Source: Tubiluchus corallicola (taxonomy: Eukaryota; Animalia; Priapulida). From it: 64,000 nt of DNA. Made by a program: the position numbers and the translations under genes. The DNA lies in NCBI GenBank assembly GCA_030141605.1, contig JAQGDQ010000017.1, forward strand, positions 496,001 to 560,000. The letters are read 5' to 3'. The notes below the pieces were generated by a model. The model did no database searches and was not told where the DNA came from. It worked only from the letters and a program-made list of their open reading frames with translations. Shown one piece after another: positions 12,001 through 26,440 of this stretch (position 1 is the stretch's first letter; each line of letters begins with the position of its first letter).

Positions 12001-14052
12001 AGTCTCTATTTTGTAGTTTAGAACTGTTGTTTACAATCGGCAAAAAGTTTTTGAACTTACGTTAATTGTTTATCCAAAAGCCGACTTTAATTAAAGATTA
12101 TTATTGTTATTATTAATTTTGAATTACAAATAAAATCCTTCGAACAATTTTTCTCCATTTCTCCATAACTCTCGCCTATATTATCGTCTGCAGTCGCAGC
12201 TTTTGTATCACTGTTGACTCGGCTATGATTAATGCCTTTAGATTTGCACGCTGGGGACAGATTTCTATCAGTTTCTACAAAAGCGCGCAGACTTCTTTCT
12301 TAATTACATCATTTTCATGGTGAAAAGGCGAGTATGATTGATTGCCCGATTGTCAGTCATGTGTTTAATACAAGCTTTAGTTAAGTCAGATAAGTTTTTA
12401 CTCTGCCAATACAGAAACGATTACAAGCTACAACAATCTTTGGCTTCACACACGCATTGTCTGACAACACAGCATTACAGCAATACGATGGTAGAAAAGT
12501 TTTTACAAAGTTACTATATGAAAACATAAAATGGAGTGGGTATGAGTAATTACTCTGTGTGCTTAGTAACCGACTTGTGCAACAGTTATTCTGGCCGGTG
12601 AATGGATGAGCGAGTACCAGTTCATTACTCGTCTTGGGTGCTTTCATGGGCCATACGTTAGCTCTTTGAGGAAGGACGTACACAGATACAAAGGTAGCTG
12701 AATCACCCATAACAATCGTCCATTGTTTCACCTTCTAAACGAGTTCTTGTCCTGTCACAACTACTTCTATTGTTTAAGAGTTGAACTCTATAAAAATTAT
12801 TACAACCGATATATTTCATAGTTTGGTATTCGTTAGTCAATGAAGAGAGTCCTAAACCGGCCATACAGAGTGAAACACACTTTACAGACAGCTGATCAGT
12901 GTGAGGTGGTATTAAGCATGCAGGCAAGGACAATCAAATATTTCAGCTTCACTGCACCCAATCCCCTTATGGTGGTTTGATTAGCGAACTGAGGGATTCA
13001 CAGACGCAAGAGGCTCCAGAAATGACTGCAGAATGTTACAATGTCTTGAAACTCTTGGATGGCTTAATGATTGAATGATGAAACAATCTACTGACTTCCT
13101 TCCCAGTTCCAGCACACAATGCACTGTATCGGAACAAGTGTATATAAGCAAGTACAGCATTAAGCAAAATGTGACCTCAGGAGGTGTAAGTTTGCTTCCA
13201 TCTAACCCCAGGCCGGGTACGAAATTCGCTTAAGCACCTGCAGACGCCTTGGGAGACGAGCATTTATTTATTTTTTTAAAGCCCTTGTTGCCTCTTAGAT
13301 ATGATGGGGCACACCCGTATGTTAATCATCGTGTTTTATCCAACAAGTTGATGAATTTCTTTTTTAATGAATGACACCATTCCCTAGTAAGCTATAAGGC
13401 TTAAGCTACACATTTTACATGATTCCCAGACTGATGCTTATATGGATCTGGACGCAGAACACCTGCAGACATTTTCCGGACGGGTTGTGACATTTTGACC
13501 TTAAACCAACACTTAACGAATAACAAGACCAGGTCGACAACCAACTAAGAATCAACTGCTAGTAAAAATCAAGTTCCAGAGATTGTGATTAATGGCCTCG
13601 GGACCTGAAACAGGAAAAAACTCATAGATCAAAAGGGGCAGTTTGGTAACAGATGCCCGAAAGTTCACTAGAATTTCAATTGATGTAAATCTTAACAGTA
13701 GTATGTGATACACTGAGTAAGAAATATATTTAATATCAGACACGCTATAGTTACATAGCCTAAGGATAGCTTCGTCGACATTCATTCAATAACATGATAA
13801 GTTTTGACATCTGCTAATGATAGCTGAACTAATTGCATGATGCATTTGCAAACAAGGAGGGCTTTCCATGTTAGGAGGGACTCCCTTTGGGAAATACTAT
13901 TATGCCCTATAAGTAGCTGCCCAAGAATCCAATCAACATTAAATCAATTGCTAACTTGTTCCAGGCAGGCAGTGATTGGTAATGGCAATGATGCTCTTTT
14001 GTTGATGGGAATCCTTGGCAAGGTACTGAAATTCAAGTCATTGACTCAAATG

Positions 14053-14112
14053 AACGACGACGACGACGATGGCGATGATGATGATGATGACAATGATAGT
14101 GACCCGATGACG
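14053..14112. repeat. (GAC/GAT)n trinucleotide repeat
   Basis: Directly visible. It explains the spurious poly-Asp ORF. Confidence 0.85.
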
Positions 14113-17100
14113 AAGAATATCTTTATCATGTTGTTCTTGCTATTGTTCTAGCACTGATGGCAATGTCCTTAAACTGACAATGTCAACAGCGACCAATCGT
14201 CCTCACCAAGTTACCTTTGTGGTTGATGAGCGACTTCTTAACTGATGACGGAGGAGAAGCAGATGACGTTAACCATAATGATAATGCTGATAAACACACA
14301 AAAACGATGTTTATGAAATAGAACTCTTAACTAAAAAACTGTAAAGTTGATCATCTAATACTTCAAATATAACTTCCACCCAAAAAACTGTTTGTAGATC
14401 TTCCTGTAACGTGATTAAAATAGCGAGTTGGAACTGCAATTTTCGATAGACAAGTACGCCTATTTTATAAAAGACTTCGGAGCTTAATCCATGCCTCTAA
14501 GCTTTCAATTAACGACTAATTGAAAGGATAATCAAGCTTGCTTGAATAACATCCTCAAAACATGATTAGGTAGGTAAAAGACTTAATACAAGTAACGATG
14601 TATTCATGATGAGCACATAGAACTGATGTAGATAATGCAGAGGTCTAGCAGGCCTGCAGACCTAAGACGACGGATGCCCCTACGGGGTTAACAAGGCAAA
14701 GAAAGACCAGAAGACGCGACACATCCAACTGAACCAACCCGTCATCAAAGTGAGAAATCCTTGGAACGCAGCGGCTCATATACACTCTCTTCAAAACTAA
14801 TACGAGTGTTTATTTTTGCAAAATAAACAACGTTTTTCATAGAGGTCCTGCAGCTGATTGGGCTCAGATGTTGGCAAATGCAAGGCCTCAGACGCTATTC
14901 TTGTAACGTCTTAAGATGCCGAGACGCGTGCTATGGATCCCAGCCGATTTTCACTTTTTTCTGACGTTTGGGTTTATTTAAATTATTTACTTCTATCTGA
15001 CGGTTTTAAGACGGAAATGGCGCTGAATCGACGCCAGCGGTTTTCTAAAGCACGAATATTCTCGTGATATTTATTTACACTACCACATACCACTAATACT
15101 ATGAGTACATATTGTTTACTACATGTATTAATATTTACATTCTGAGATCGTAGTACGCTTTATTTGTCTGCTGCACACGCACAATTATTATATTAAATTA
15201 TGGCGAAGAATGAAGAATGAACTTAGAAAATCGGGTAAAGGTTTGTGGTATGTCCTTTTCACACAGTGAAAACTGATATAAATTTTAATGACTTGCGTAC
15301 CTTCCATAACTTTTAAAATTTCAGTGCTGGTTTTACTATCCTTAAATATTAATGTTCGAGATGTGGTATTTGTTTAGTAAAAACTAGCTTTCATTGCAAA
15401 CAATACAAGGACTTCCAGTCTATAATAGACTGCACATATTCAACAAACATAGAATTTATTCACACATTCTTACTAACAATTGGTATCTTAGGAAGCATAC
15501 TATAGTAAATTTAATAATTTTTTGCGTAAAATATGTTAAACAGATACTAGAAAACTACTGATAGTAAACCATATTTAGCGTGATGCAACGCGTAGAAATA
15601 AAATACATTGACTGCAAAGGTTTAAAAGGTACCATTATCTTCAGAAAATTTCAAAGTTTAGTGCTTTTATATGACCTGTGTGTCAACAAAAATATTCACA
15701 TTTCACCTATACATGGATCTGTTTTAAATTGCTATGTTGTGGGCTATGGAAATGAGGGATACTTGTCTTTCCAAAATCAAGCTGGCACTTGAGCCGCAAA
15801 ATACTGCACTAGACGCGAGAGAGAGTGACCACTTGCTGCAGGAATGTTGTTTACACAAGCCGCTAGTAAACAATAAACAACGTGCATGGAGGCTGCATTG
15901 CCCTGGTCACATGTCAGCGTCACTCAAGAAGCCCAGGCAATCAACATATTTATGGGAAGATGCGGACAGGCTGTTGAAAGAGAAGCAGTTTGGAATGTCC
16001 AGAAATGAGGGGTGCCAGACAGTACTTTTTATACAATTCGCCGCTCAACCGGCAGGTCTACCGATAATATTAAACAGTTGTGACGGAACTGGAATCTAGC
16101 TTAACAGCAAACTTAATCCTGTAAGATGAGACAGTGAGCTTGATAGCTATGAAGGCAACTTTCTCAGCAGTTACCTATCGTTATTATGACCAAGTTAGGA
16201 GCTGTTAAACTATCGCAGCCAAGCAGGCACCATGGTCAAGTGACCACTTAGGCTATTTTCCACGTTCTATTCCGGCTTGTTTTATGCCGGAAAGATGACA
16301 AACGACTCGAGAAACTACGCGAGAATGCCATGCGGTTCGACGCCGTAACTTTTTTGTTAAAATCCATGTTAATACCACGAAGGTAAAGATCACTAAGTTT
16401 GCTACATCATACGACCCAAAAAAGATACATTCGCGTAAGCCATTGAAATGAGCTATTCTTCTGCAGCAAAAGCCTTCAGCGACTTAAATGCCACTGCTAC
16501 TTCCAGTAGGGTGGCGACCGTAACCAAAGACATAAGATAAATCAACCTGATATCAAATGTATCTTTCTTGTTTTTGGAAGACATTTAGGCTGACTTAAAC
16601 CGCCCTGTTTAGCAGTCAAACTGAGAAAGTTCTCTCATAGATGATAGGTGTGAATGTTATGGATACAGTTTTCTTTTGCGCCTTAAACAAACAGGAAAGT
16701 GAAAATAAAACTGTGTAGCTCAGAATCGTCTAGCAGATCTAGCCCACCCTGACGTTAAAGTCAGTAAACAGATCACAAGGTCTCAACAGTAACCAGCTGA
16801 ATAAGCTGATTCTGCTGAAAGCAATTGTTTAACTAATTTAAAAAATTATGTAGCTTTAAGTGAGATTGTTGTTAGTGTTTTAGTTTATTTTAGCACACTA
16901 ATCATCTTTAACCTCAAACATCCGATTAAATTAATATGTTTCTAATTGTAGTCCACCTAATTAGCTCAAAAAATTGCAATTAAAATAATATTTAAATATT
17001 AATATTAGAAAAAATAAAAATCTTTTTTTGCTGCTTGGGCTGTCAAAAAAAGTACAGGACGCTTGTTGTTACAGAAAATAACTAATGTGCTTGAAGAAAC

Positions 17101-19806
17101 TAAAAACACAAAACAATATTAGCAGTAAAACACCTCCTTGAGGAAAACCAAAGAACTAACATAATTATTACAGGTACATTGGCAGGAAAAATAACAATGC
17201 TCGCTTATTGAACCCCCCGATAAACACCGATCAAAAATGCATACAAACTATCTCAACCATCTACCATGGACTTCTAAAACTCGTTCAGAAGAACTGAGCT
17301 GTACGATGCACAATTCTTAACTCATCACATTCGTACTCTTTACTGATCAATACGGCTACAAATAGTCAGTCAGCAAACATTATTGGCTCTAGATGATGGT
17401 AATGACTGTTTTTACGCTACCATTAGGATTCCACGAGATTGTGTTCAATGCCAGTTTTAAGGCACGGGCACAAGCAACCGACAAACAAAGGAAATTACTG
17501 ATACAGACGCAACTAGCCGATAAAGTTATTTATTGTTTTAAAGGTCTACACTATTCAATATCGACGAAAAACTTCGCAATAACATTTCAGACACTTAGAA
17601 TACGCAAGGTGAATTGACAGTTTTTTATACCGCAATTGATATTGATTTTCATCGAAAATCGAAAATAAACTTCATTCGATTTAAATGTAAATAAGAAATA
17701 CTAAAATAACTCGTGATTTTTCTATCCACTTGCACCAAGAAAAACTTGGTGTTTAACCTAACGGAGACGCATTTTCTTACTTAATTATAACGTCTGCCAA
17801 TATCAGGGTATATCATAATAAAATCAATGGACTTAAATTAGGTCACGTGACTGAAAACCTAAGGCCTGAATACACAGCGAAGCACAGTAGCACACACGCC
17901 ACAGCCCACAAGCTTCACACTCATTAAATTTTAATTCAGTCGGGGTGAATTTTAATCGCCCTTATAAATATTAACATGTAGTAGGATGGATTTATTTGAC
18001 AAGCGTTGAACGTGGGCAGGCAAATTAAAATGCGCTTCAATTCATCACCCAGAAAATAAACTGAAAATAACTTGGGCCCTGAATTAAATCATTTTAGGAA
18101 CTTCGCCAGTGCACACTCCCCTGTTGAGCAACCGGCAAGTGCAGTGTTTGCGCCCGGGGAGCGTCGTTACACGATTTTTTCTAATCAAAATTGATATCGT
18201 CCCCTAAAGTAAAAAGTCCTACTCTTCTCACGAGTAAATTTCTTAATTTTTTTTGCAAATTGTTATGATTGCTAGAGTAAACTCATGGTCTCACTCCTTG
18301 CTAGTTGAGCAATCTCGCGAATCAAGTCACAAGACCGCTAGTCAGGCCAACTAATCCTGGCAAGTGTACGAAACTGGGTCATATATGCAATGACAGACAA
18401 AAACTGTATCTCTGAAGACATTCTGTTCAGTAGGATGAAGCTGTGTGCTTAATTACTACATGGGTACTGCTGCACAACAATATAATACAATACAACACTG
18501 GATAAAAAATTATGTATTCAATAACTGCAGCTCAAGTTCAAAAAAAGGAGGATAATTAAGAAAGAGTGGAGGATTGGAATATTGCGCTCACCAAACACAT
18601 AAAAATGCTAAAGTTAAACCGATTTGGGATTCGTATAACTCAATTAAATGAATTGCTCCACATGATACACATTGTCTCTCTTCGAAATTTTACCCTCACC
18701 TCACGCCTTTGTAATTCAGCTAGCTACTGTATGCATTTTTTATCAATCTATCATCAGCCATGCAGCTAATGCTAACTCTGTCTGAAACTGCCTTGCATTG
18801 TTGAGATAATGATTAATTACACGTTAAATTTTAATGGAATTATTAAACGCCCCTAGCAGAACAATCACGAAGCTTAGCAATTTAGCACACAATTGCAAAA
18901 AGCAATAAATCGCCGGCAAGTAGGGATATCTTCAAACGTGTGTGCAAATGGATTTTCTATTCAAATATCCCGCCTGATTTAGTGAATTTCATTTGGACGC
19001 AGGATCGTGCATGCACGCTGATTAATTTCAATGGCTTCCAGTTTAATGGAGCTGTATGGGGTGTATTTGTCATTTATTCCGCTAGAGAAGCAGTTTAGAG
19101 GTCAATGGCTGTGTCGGAAGCTCACATAATGTGCTGCTTTTGATGTACCCTATTTAGGCCTACAGACGCCTAGGCCTATAAACACCATGTACTCAAGTCC
19201 ATCAGCATTACATATCTTATACTAAACAGCCTATACTGAATAAAAATTTCATGGAAAATTTCTACAGCCGCCAGCCTTCAAACATATATTCAGCTAGCAC
19301 TGTTAAAATTTTTATTTCAACCAGCATCATATAAACAATAATTTTCCATTTTGCCGAGGAAGTTTTTCAAAACCAAATTAGACGCAGTCACCAAAGGCAG
19401 TATGATGAGACACTTGTTTCATCAATTTTACCCGCCCCTGGGCAATCGGATGAATGTCAGTGACTTCAACATTCAAGTTTTTGCAACAATGATTGGTTTG
19501 TCTGCGTATTGGCGATGTTTAACTGAGTTGCTGTATTAAATAGCCAGCAGTACGAAGCGCTGCAATTCTGTTTATTGCTTTAGTTTTCAGTCGAGTATAA
19601 ACGGGCAACTGTCTTGGCTCATATCACAACAATCTTTTATAGAGTCTTCCGCCAATAAAACCTGAATCTTCTCCATAACGAAGACTGAAGTCAATAACAA
19701 CCAGACTGGAGGCAGATGATAAATGGGAAGGGGGTAGTACTTAGTTTAGCAAAAAGCTACTTGTTCAAGTAAGCACTTTTTATATGACAGTCTAATGCCT
19801 TGTTAA

Positions 19807-20324
19807 AGGAAAGGCCAAGCCTTCTAGGAAGTTAGGCTTATCTCAATGTTTGCGAAGAAGGTTAGGAGGATTTAGTAACAAAACTGCAATAAACGCCTTG
19901 CGTAATTAGTAGATCACATTAAAGTCGCGATCACTTCATGCTTGCGCGATCCCATTCTTCCAATGACGTCATTTGTCTTGAAGAAAAATAGCGGACTGTC
20001 AATCTTCACGAAAGCATAGAATAGATGGCTAATTATGTAATATTTTTGCGTGAACATTAGGTAAGCTGCAGAAGTTCGAATTTAGTTTAAACAGCGCACG
20101 CTCACGGAAAGCCACGACGCGCTTACGAAAAGTAACAGTCTCCTAGTTATGTCATGATTTTCAAGTGAATGGTGGCAACAACCACACCTGAAAATTGCTA
20201 TTCAGAGGTAGCATATTTTAGATTTAAACTTTATAGGCAGTTTCGTGCAAATTTGTTATATTTTTCTAAGTTTAAGTGATAATAGTAAAAGAAACCTAAT
20301 ATAGTGAGTGACTTGTTCTTTCCT
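19807..20324 (+). mobile_element. Kolobok/T2-like MITE, copy 1 (518 bp)
   Basis: TTAA|AGGAAAG...CTTTCCT|TTAA (TTAA TSD, AGG termini). Homologous along its length to the reverse complement of 34078-34604. Confidence 0.85.
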
Positions 20325-22602
20325 TTAAGTCAATTATGCAGTCACGCTTATAGCTGAACTATATTATAGTTCAGGTGCTCGTGAAAAGCAGTACTTAGAA
20401 ACGGTTGAAGCGATATCTACCATTGTCATACTGTGCTCTAACTTCTGATAAAGAGTTACTGAAGATCATTTATTGGAATCCATTTTGAAACTCCGAACAA
20501 GAGAAATCTTACGTCTTTATACCAGAAGGCAGCTATAGTGTCCTATGATAAGTGACGAAGCTCGATAAGAAAATGGCTGTCTCATGCAGTTAAAACGAAC
20601 GAATTTGACTCTAACTAAGAATAAAAACTGCCATAAAAGCAGTGTTCACTTGTGACAATAATCTTGCCTAAAGCTATATGACATGGTAGTGTTGTGAGGG
20701 TACAATTATGGAAAACAACTTGACTTGACCTAAAATGACTTCACCGTATGAGAGTTTTATAAGCTGCTGATTTACTTAGCAACGATCGAATGGGGTGCCA
20801 CAAAATTGCACATTTTTTTGCTTTTGCTAACCTAAAGCAGCACTGAGCACTGCAAGAAAACCAAATTGGCAGCATATAAAAAACCACAGACGCAATGAGG
20901 GCAGGCACTGATAGCGGGAAAGAAGCGCAAAATGGGCTAGCCAAAGACGCAACACTGACCAAACTTCTGACCCCCTTCTGATTTGTGGGAACTTTGTGGC
21001 TTTCACACTTACATGTGTAAAACAAACTTGCCTTGACACACAACTATGCAAATGACTTTATAGTCTGAGCACCATGTCGTAAACTTCCTCCACCACTTAA
21101 ATACTAGTAACCGGTAATGTACTGCAGTAATTGCAGAGCGTTTACAATAAGCTTTACCAGTACCATGAAATAACACACCATCTTGCAAGCCATACAGTTG
21201 CCTATGATTTAGTGTAGGATTAGAAAACCAACCGTTGCTTGTAATTTAATGTAGGATTACAGAATAATCTACTTAAATTTACAACCTAGCAGAAAAGTTG
21301 GGACATTGTCATTGCTTATTTCCACAACCAAATGGCTGCTTTGGTTGCAAAATAGCACATATTTTTGGGACCATAAGTACTTTTAACGCACTTCGCATCT
21401 TTCGCATTTACATTTCTCATCTGAAGGTGTATTAGACTGGATTCGGAAGAAGTTTTCTAAGACACCTTCAGCAACAGGATCAAAAGACTCTAAAAGAAGC
21501 TACGGTAATGGCAACGAAATTTCTGAACAAAAAGGAGGGGAAAAGGAAGTCAACACAATAACAACAATAACTGCAGAAGTTCGTGAGAATAGGTTGGAAG
21601 GCAATGAAGTGTCACGCATACCTTGACAAAACGCCTAAATCGAGGGACTTTAGCGGAAGAAAAAGTAAATAAAATGTGGTAGAAACTTCAAGAAGCAGCA
21701 TCAACAGTTACTTTCCTCACTGTTTCAAAATTTGGCGTGCAGTCTACGGCATCTTAAATACAGTTTACGCAACATTTCATCTTTGAAGTTGTTTTGAGAG
21801 TTACTGTACGTTGTGCTATCACAGTACATGAGTTGACGAAAGTTCTCACAAAAGAGTGTTGGTTACATTGGTTAAAGGCCGTCTAGGACAAACATTCTCA
21901 GAAATGGTGGGAAAATAATGGGAAAGATTGCGATGGGAACATTTCAGTAGCAAATTTACAGCTTTGCTTCACTAGAGCGGCAGCGGTAAATCACAGGCAG
22001 TAAATCACACGCTGCCTTTATCCAGGTCAACAAATTTATAATGCGCAGAGGAACAGGGCGGCGCAAGAAGAGTAAACCCATGCAAGATGAAGTAACAAGT
22101 GGAAAATCATAATGCGTTAATAAAACAGAGCTCGACAACATGGGCGGCCTCCATACAACACCCCAGGGTAGAATCAGTTTAAATTTCATATATGGCGTAG
22201 GATTGAATCTGTGGTCTCCTGTTAAAAACTCGACCACAACAGCATAATAAGGCCAAATTTCATTTTATGGCACTTCCAATTACATTCAGGCTTACCTGCG
22301 CAAATTTAGTGTGAGTATAATCAATGCATTCTAGTTCATTTCGGCCATGTTGATGACGACATTAACGACGTTAGTGAAAATGATGATGACCATAATGGTG
22401 ATGGTGCATTAATGCGCAACTAGGCCACAGAGAATAACTGTGAGAGAAGAAGTCAAGAACTCGCAATGTTCTCTCACACGCTGTTACAGTTTCAAGTGAG
22501 CACATGCTTACGGTGATCTTGTGCGTAAACAAAGCAACGTGATCACATCACTGCCATTGTGAAGCATTGGCCACGTGCCATTGCTTACGTACAAAAATAG
22601 AA

Positions 22603-22847
22603 CGGAAATGAACTGCAATAGGTGTATGATGAAGTCCATTGTTCTCTTGTCAATAAGCACGGAATCTTAGCGGGCGACTAGCTACGTTACCCACACCAAT
22701 TCAGTATTTTAGAAGAGGTATAGTGAGCGGAAGTTAAACTGCAAACAGATGTATGATAAAGCCCAATGTTTTCTTGTGAATAAGCACGGAATCATGGCGA
22801 GGGACTAGTTAAGTTACCCACACCAATTCAGTATTTTAGTCGAGGTA
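22603..22847. repeat. Diverged tandem duplication, ~125-bp unit x2
   Basis: Shared blocks AATAAGCACGGAATC and GTTACCCACACCAATTCAGTATTTTAG. Confidence 0.9.
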
Positions 22848-25676
22848 ATGTTTTGTCTTTAATCAGCTTCTGTACTTGCGAGATTCCTCCAACATACCTT
22901 TACCGGATTCATGTGCACCCAGTCAAACGAGAAAAGTACACAGAACGCACATCACAGCAAGTCTGTAATCATGCAGGCTAGGAAAACATGGCTGCCAGAC
23001 TGAGTGTTTTTATTGTGAGGTAAAGAAAATGTTATTCCTACCCGCCATGCAGGCTTATAGTAAATAGAGTTGTGGCAGGAATGAAATCAGAGCGTGGAGA
23101 GGAAGGATGACTGTCTATGGCTTCATTAGAAGCATTCATGGTTGAACATGGAGTGGAATCATGCTAGGCTAGGGTAAAGATCAATAACCACAGTTTACCC
23201 CATTTTTATTTCCTAGGTACATTATTCTCCGACTTCACATGGCGCTACTTCTTCATGCACTGGGGTAGCATGTAAATTAAACATGCAAACGTTAAAATTC
23301 ACAACGTAGGAGGAAGCTTTGATTTAGTAATTTACCAACATCTTTTCTGTCTACAACAGAATGGCTCCCCACATTCACTTCTTTTTAATGTGTCCAAAGA
23401 AAAGAAAGGAAAGCTATAAAAACAAAGTTCTGCATGGCAAAATTTGCACAGTGACTGGTAACAATGCACATGCACTGTCTGGAAGGAGTGAAAGTACGTA
23501 CAGTTACTTGATCATTCAACTGATACTAAGAAAAAAGGCTGGTGGCCACATGTATGGTGGGTGCAAATGGCCAGCAGCAGCAGCAGCAGCCTGGGAGACG
23601 GTAATTAGTCAGAGTCAGGGGCATACAGTCTCAAGGAGAGAGCTAATAACACCCGACTGTTAAACTCCCCCTTGACTGATGCACAAAATTCACTTGTGGC
23701 AATTTTGGCATTTGCGGCATTCAGTTGGTTGTGGCACCTGAGCAACTAGTCAATATTTGAGAATCGTGAAGTACAGTTATACGGTGTACGAATGAAAGTT
23801 ATGGAACCAATACCAATATTTAGGCTTCAGTATTTTTCATAAAGTAAAGCAAAGCAAGCTCGGCATACCCACATATAAACACGTGCTTGTTCTTGATAAG
23901 ATGGCTTAGGACACATGCCTCAGATTAGCTATATATGCGGCGCCTTTGCGGCTACAGCATCTAATTCCAAAAAGACTAGGGATTTTTTCCACGTGCACGT
24001 GAGAATGACAAGAATCATCTTGGATAACATGACTCATGGTCGCTTATATGCTTCCTATGGAAGTCTCCATTTGAATTTTTATGCGAAAACACACTATAGT
24101 TGACCAGGATATATGTAAAAATTTATTGATTATTTGAACAGCTGATTGTTGATCTTTTTAATGTGTTCCAAGCAAAGAAACGAAAAGAAGAATTCACAAA
24201 CGAGCAATGAAGGTTCGAATTACGTGCTAACAAACCACAAAGTACAAATGCAGCTAAGTTTCAGCTTAAGGTAAGTGACTAACTAACTAGTCAAACAAAC
24301 TTACAGCCGTCCAAAAAATGTGGAACCTCCAAGAAGATTATATGGTTGGATGTAATCGCATTAACTACGCTTCTCTTTTTGTGGAAGGATGATCCAGACC
24401 AGATGTGGTCATGGAATTTGGACAAATTAAATTAGTCTACTACGCAGAAAGAAGGACAAATACTTTAAGCTGATTCTAAAGTCCAAAGCGGCAGTTGAGA
24501 CACAAAGATATCTTACAGAATTCACGAATAACTGATACTGAGTTGTGTTAAGTGTATCGACTACATCAACAGTCCAGCAAAATAAAAGAATGAAAAGGCC
24601 AAGCAGTGGTTTAGACTGAAAAACTGGGAAACTACAACGCATATTACAATGCAGTAGTGTATGCATATTCAAGGGCACTTATGTTCAACGGTTTCCATGG
24701 ATTGTAACTTATTATGACAACACTGATACGAACTTTAAAACTATAGAGGAAAATTAGGTGTAACTTTTATTAATGCCAATGTTTTCCAGCCATTACACAA
24801 AGCAGCCAACGGTTAACGATGTACTATGGATCGTAAGGATTGAAAAATCTGGATTATATTCATCCCTGCTTGATCCTGTAAGAATTGTACACATATAGTA
24901 TGCCCCAAATGTTTGTGTCGTAACCAGCAAGTCTATAAATTTTCAATTGAAATAACGTTTTGTTGGTAACCATAACAACGGTGATAGCTGTTGGCTATGA
25001 TTTGTACAATTTCAGTAAAACCGTATCTACTACTATTTCCCAAAGCAAGTAAATATATCTTCCAGTGTTATTACTTCTATTCCAAGTGAAATAAAAACTA
25101 ATAGCGCCCATCAGTTTTCGAATATATGGTCGAAATGAAAAAACAAGACATATGAAAGATGATGGGGACCAATAAATTAATAAATGAGAGAGTAACTGTG
25201 TAGATATGTCCTTTACAAAGTCAATGTGTGGCTTCATCTACCATCTCCAAATAATTTTAAAACCAATGATAAGTGTTTTCACACATACGTAGTAATTCAT
25301 TAATCCAATAATTCACACAATTTGTTGCAAAAACATGCGAAAGAATGCAGCAAAGATTGCTTGATTAATTGAGGTTTTGTGCGAACAAGCATTCACGAGA
25401 GTCGAATTTCGACGGTAAATTTATTGTGTTTTGGCGATTTGAGAACGATCCTAAATCTGCATGTCAGCATGAATCAGGCGCGCACGTGCCAAGCACATTT
25501 ATACAAGAAAAACAGGCAACTCTGCATGGCTTCACTGCTGAAATCCTGCTCGAGTAGCGCCCAGGAAGAGCTGGTGGCAATGCACTTCCGGTTTTCCTAT
25601 ACAGGACGACATGGATTTGAACCTTAGATTTGTAATCTATGTCATCTCTGATTTTTATATTTCCTTTTTTTACAGA

Positions 25677-25775
25677 GTGAGAAAGGGAGGGAGAGAGAGA
25701 GAGAAAAACAGAGAGGGGGAAAAGAGAAAAAACGGAGGGAGAGACAGAGAGAGAGAGAGAGAGAGAGCGCACACG

Positions 25776-25863
<88 letters not shown>

Positions 25864-25900
25864 GAGAGAGGAAGAGAAGAGAGAAAAAGGGAGAGAGGGG
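25677..25900. repeat. (GA)n-(GT)n-(GA)n compound microsatellite flanked by inverted repeats
   Basis: Directly visible. Inverted arms at 25608-25635 and 25915-25941. Confidence 0.95.
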
Positions 25901-26361
25901 GCACAGGGGCGAATTTACAATCTAAGGTTCAAATCTATGTCTGATTTTTGTCAATCTATTTTGGTTTCAAAACGTTTATGAGCCCATTCCATCAATGATG
26001 CGGGGTAAATTCAATAAGCGCACTAGGGTAACGAAAGCTGCTCTATTTGGAAAGTGTCTTGCGCTCTTCAGCCTCTTCTTCAACATCAACTAGCAATATA
26101 TAATAATGTTCTAGGATGCGTGCCTGTCCGTTTTTTTGCTTCTAATTTATGTGCTAAACGTTGTTGGCATTTTTGCAACCGACCTTCGTGCAGGCTGTCC
26201 GATAAATTCTGCACGTCTGTGACGCACTATAAATCAGCCGTATAATCGTTGATGCACTGAAAGACGCGTATTTTAAATCAACAATTTTTATGTGATCTTA
26301 TACAGGCCAATCGATGTGCCCCATCAGCTGAAAAAGAAACACACATTTTCTCTGCTCTCTA

Positions 26362-26390
26362 ACGCTCTCTCTCTCCCCCCTCCCTCCCCC

Positions 26391-26434
<44 letters not shown>

Positions 26435-26440
26435 TCTCCA
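26362..26440. repeat. (CT)n microsatellite
   Basis: Directly visible. Confidence 0.9.

Noticed and set aside
12650-13800. Faint LINE endonuclease/ORF2-like words on the minus strand (IPNYEIYR, SVYVLPQ, MSTKLSLGY)
   Set aside because: Too degenerate and the order is inconsistent. A profile search would be needed.
24850-25260. KHLGHTI RT-like motif on the minus strand
   Set aside because: A single motif among many stops.
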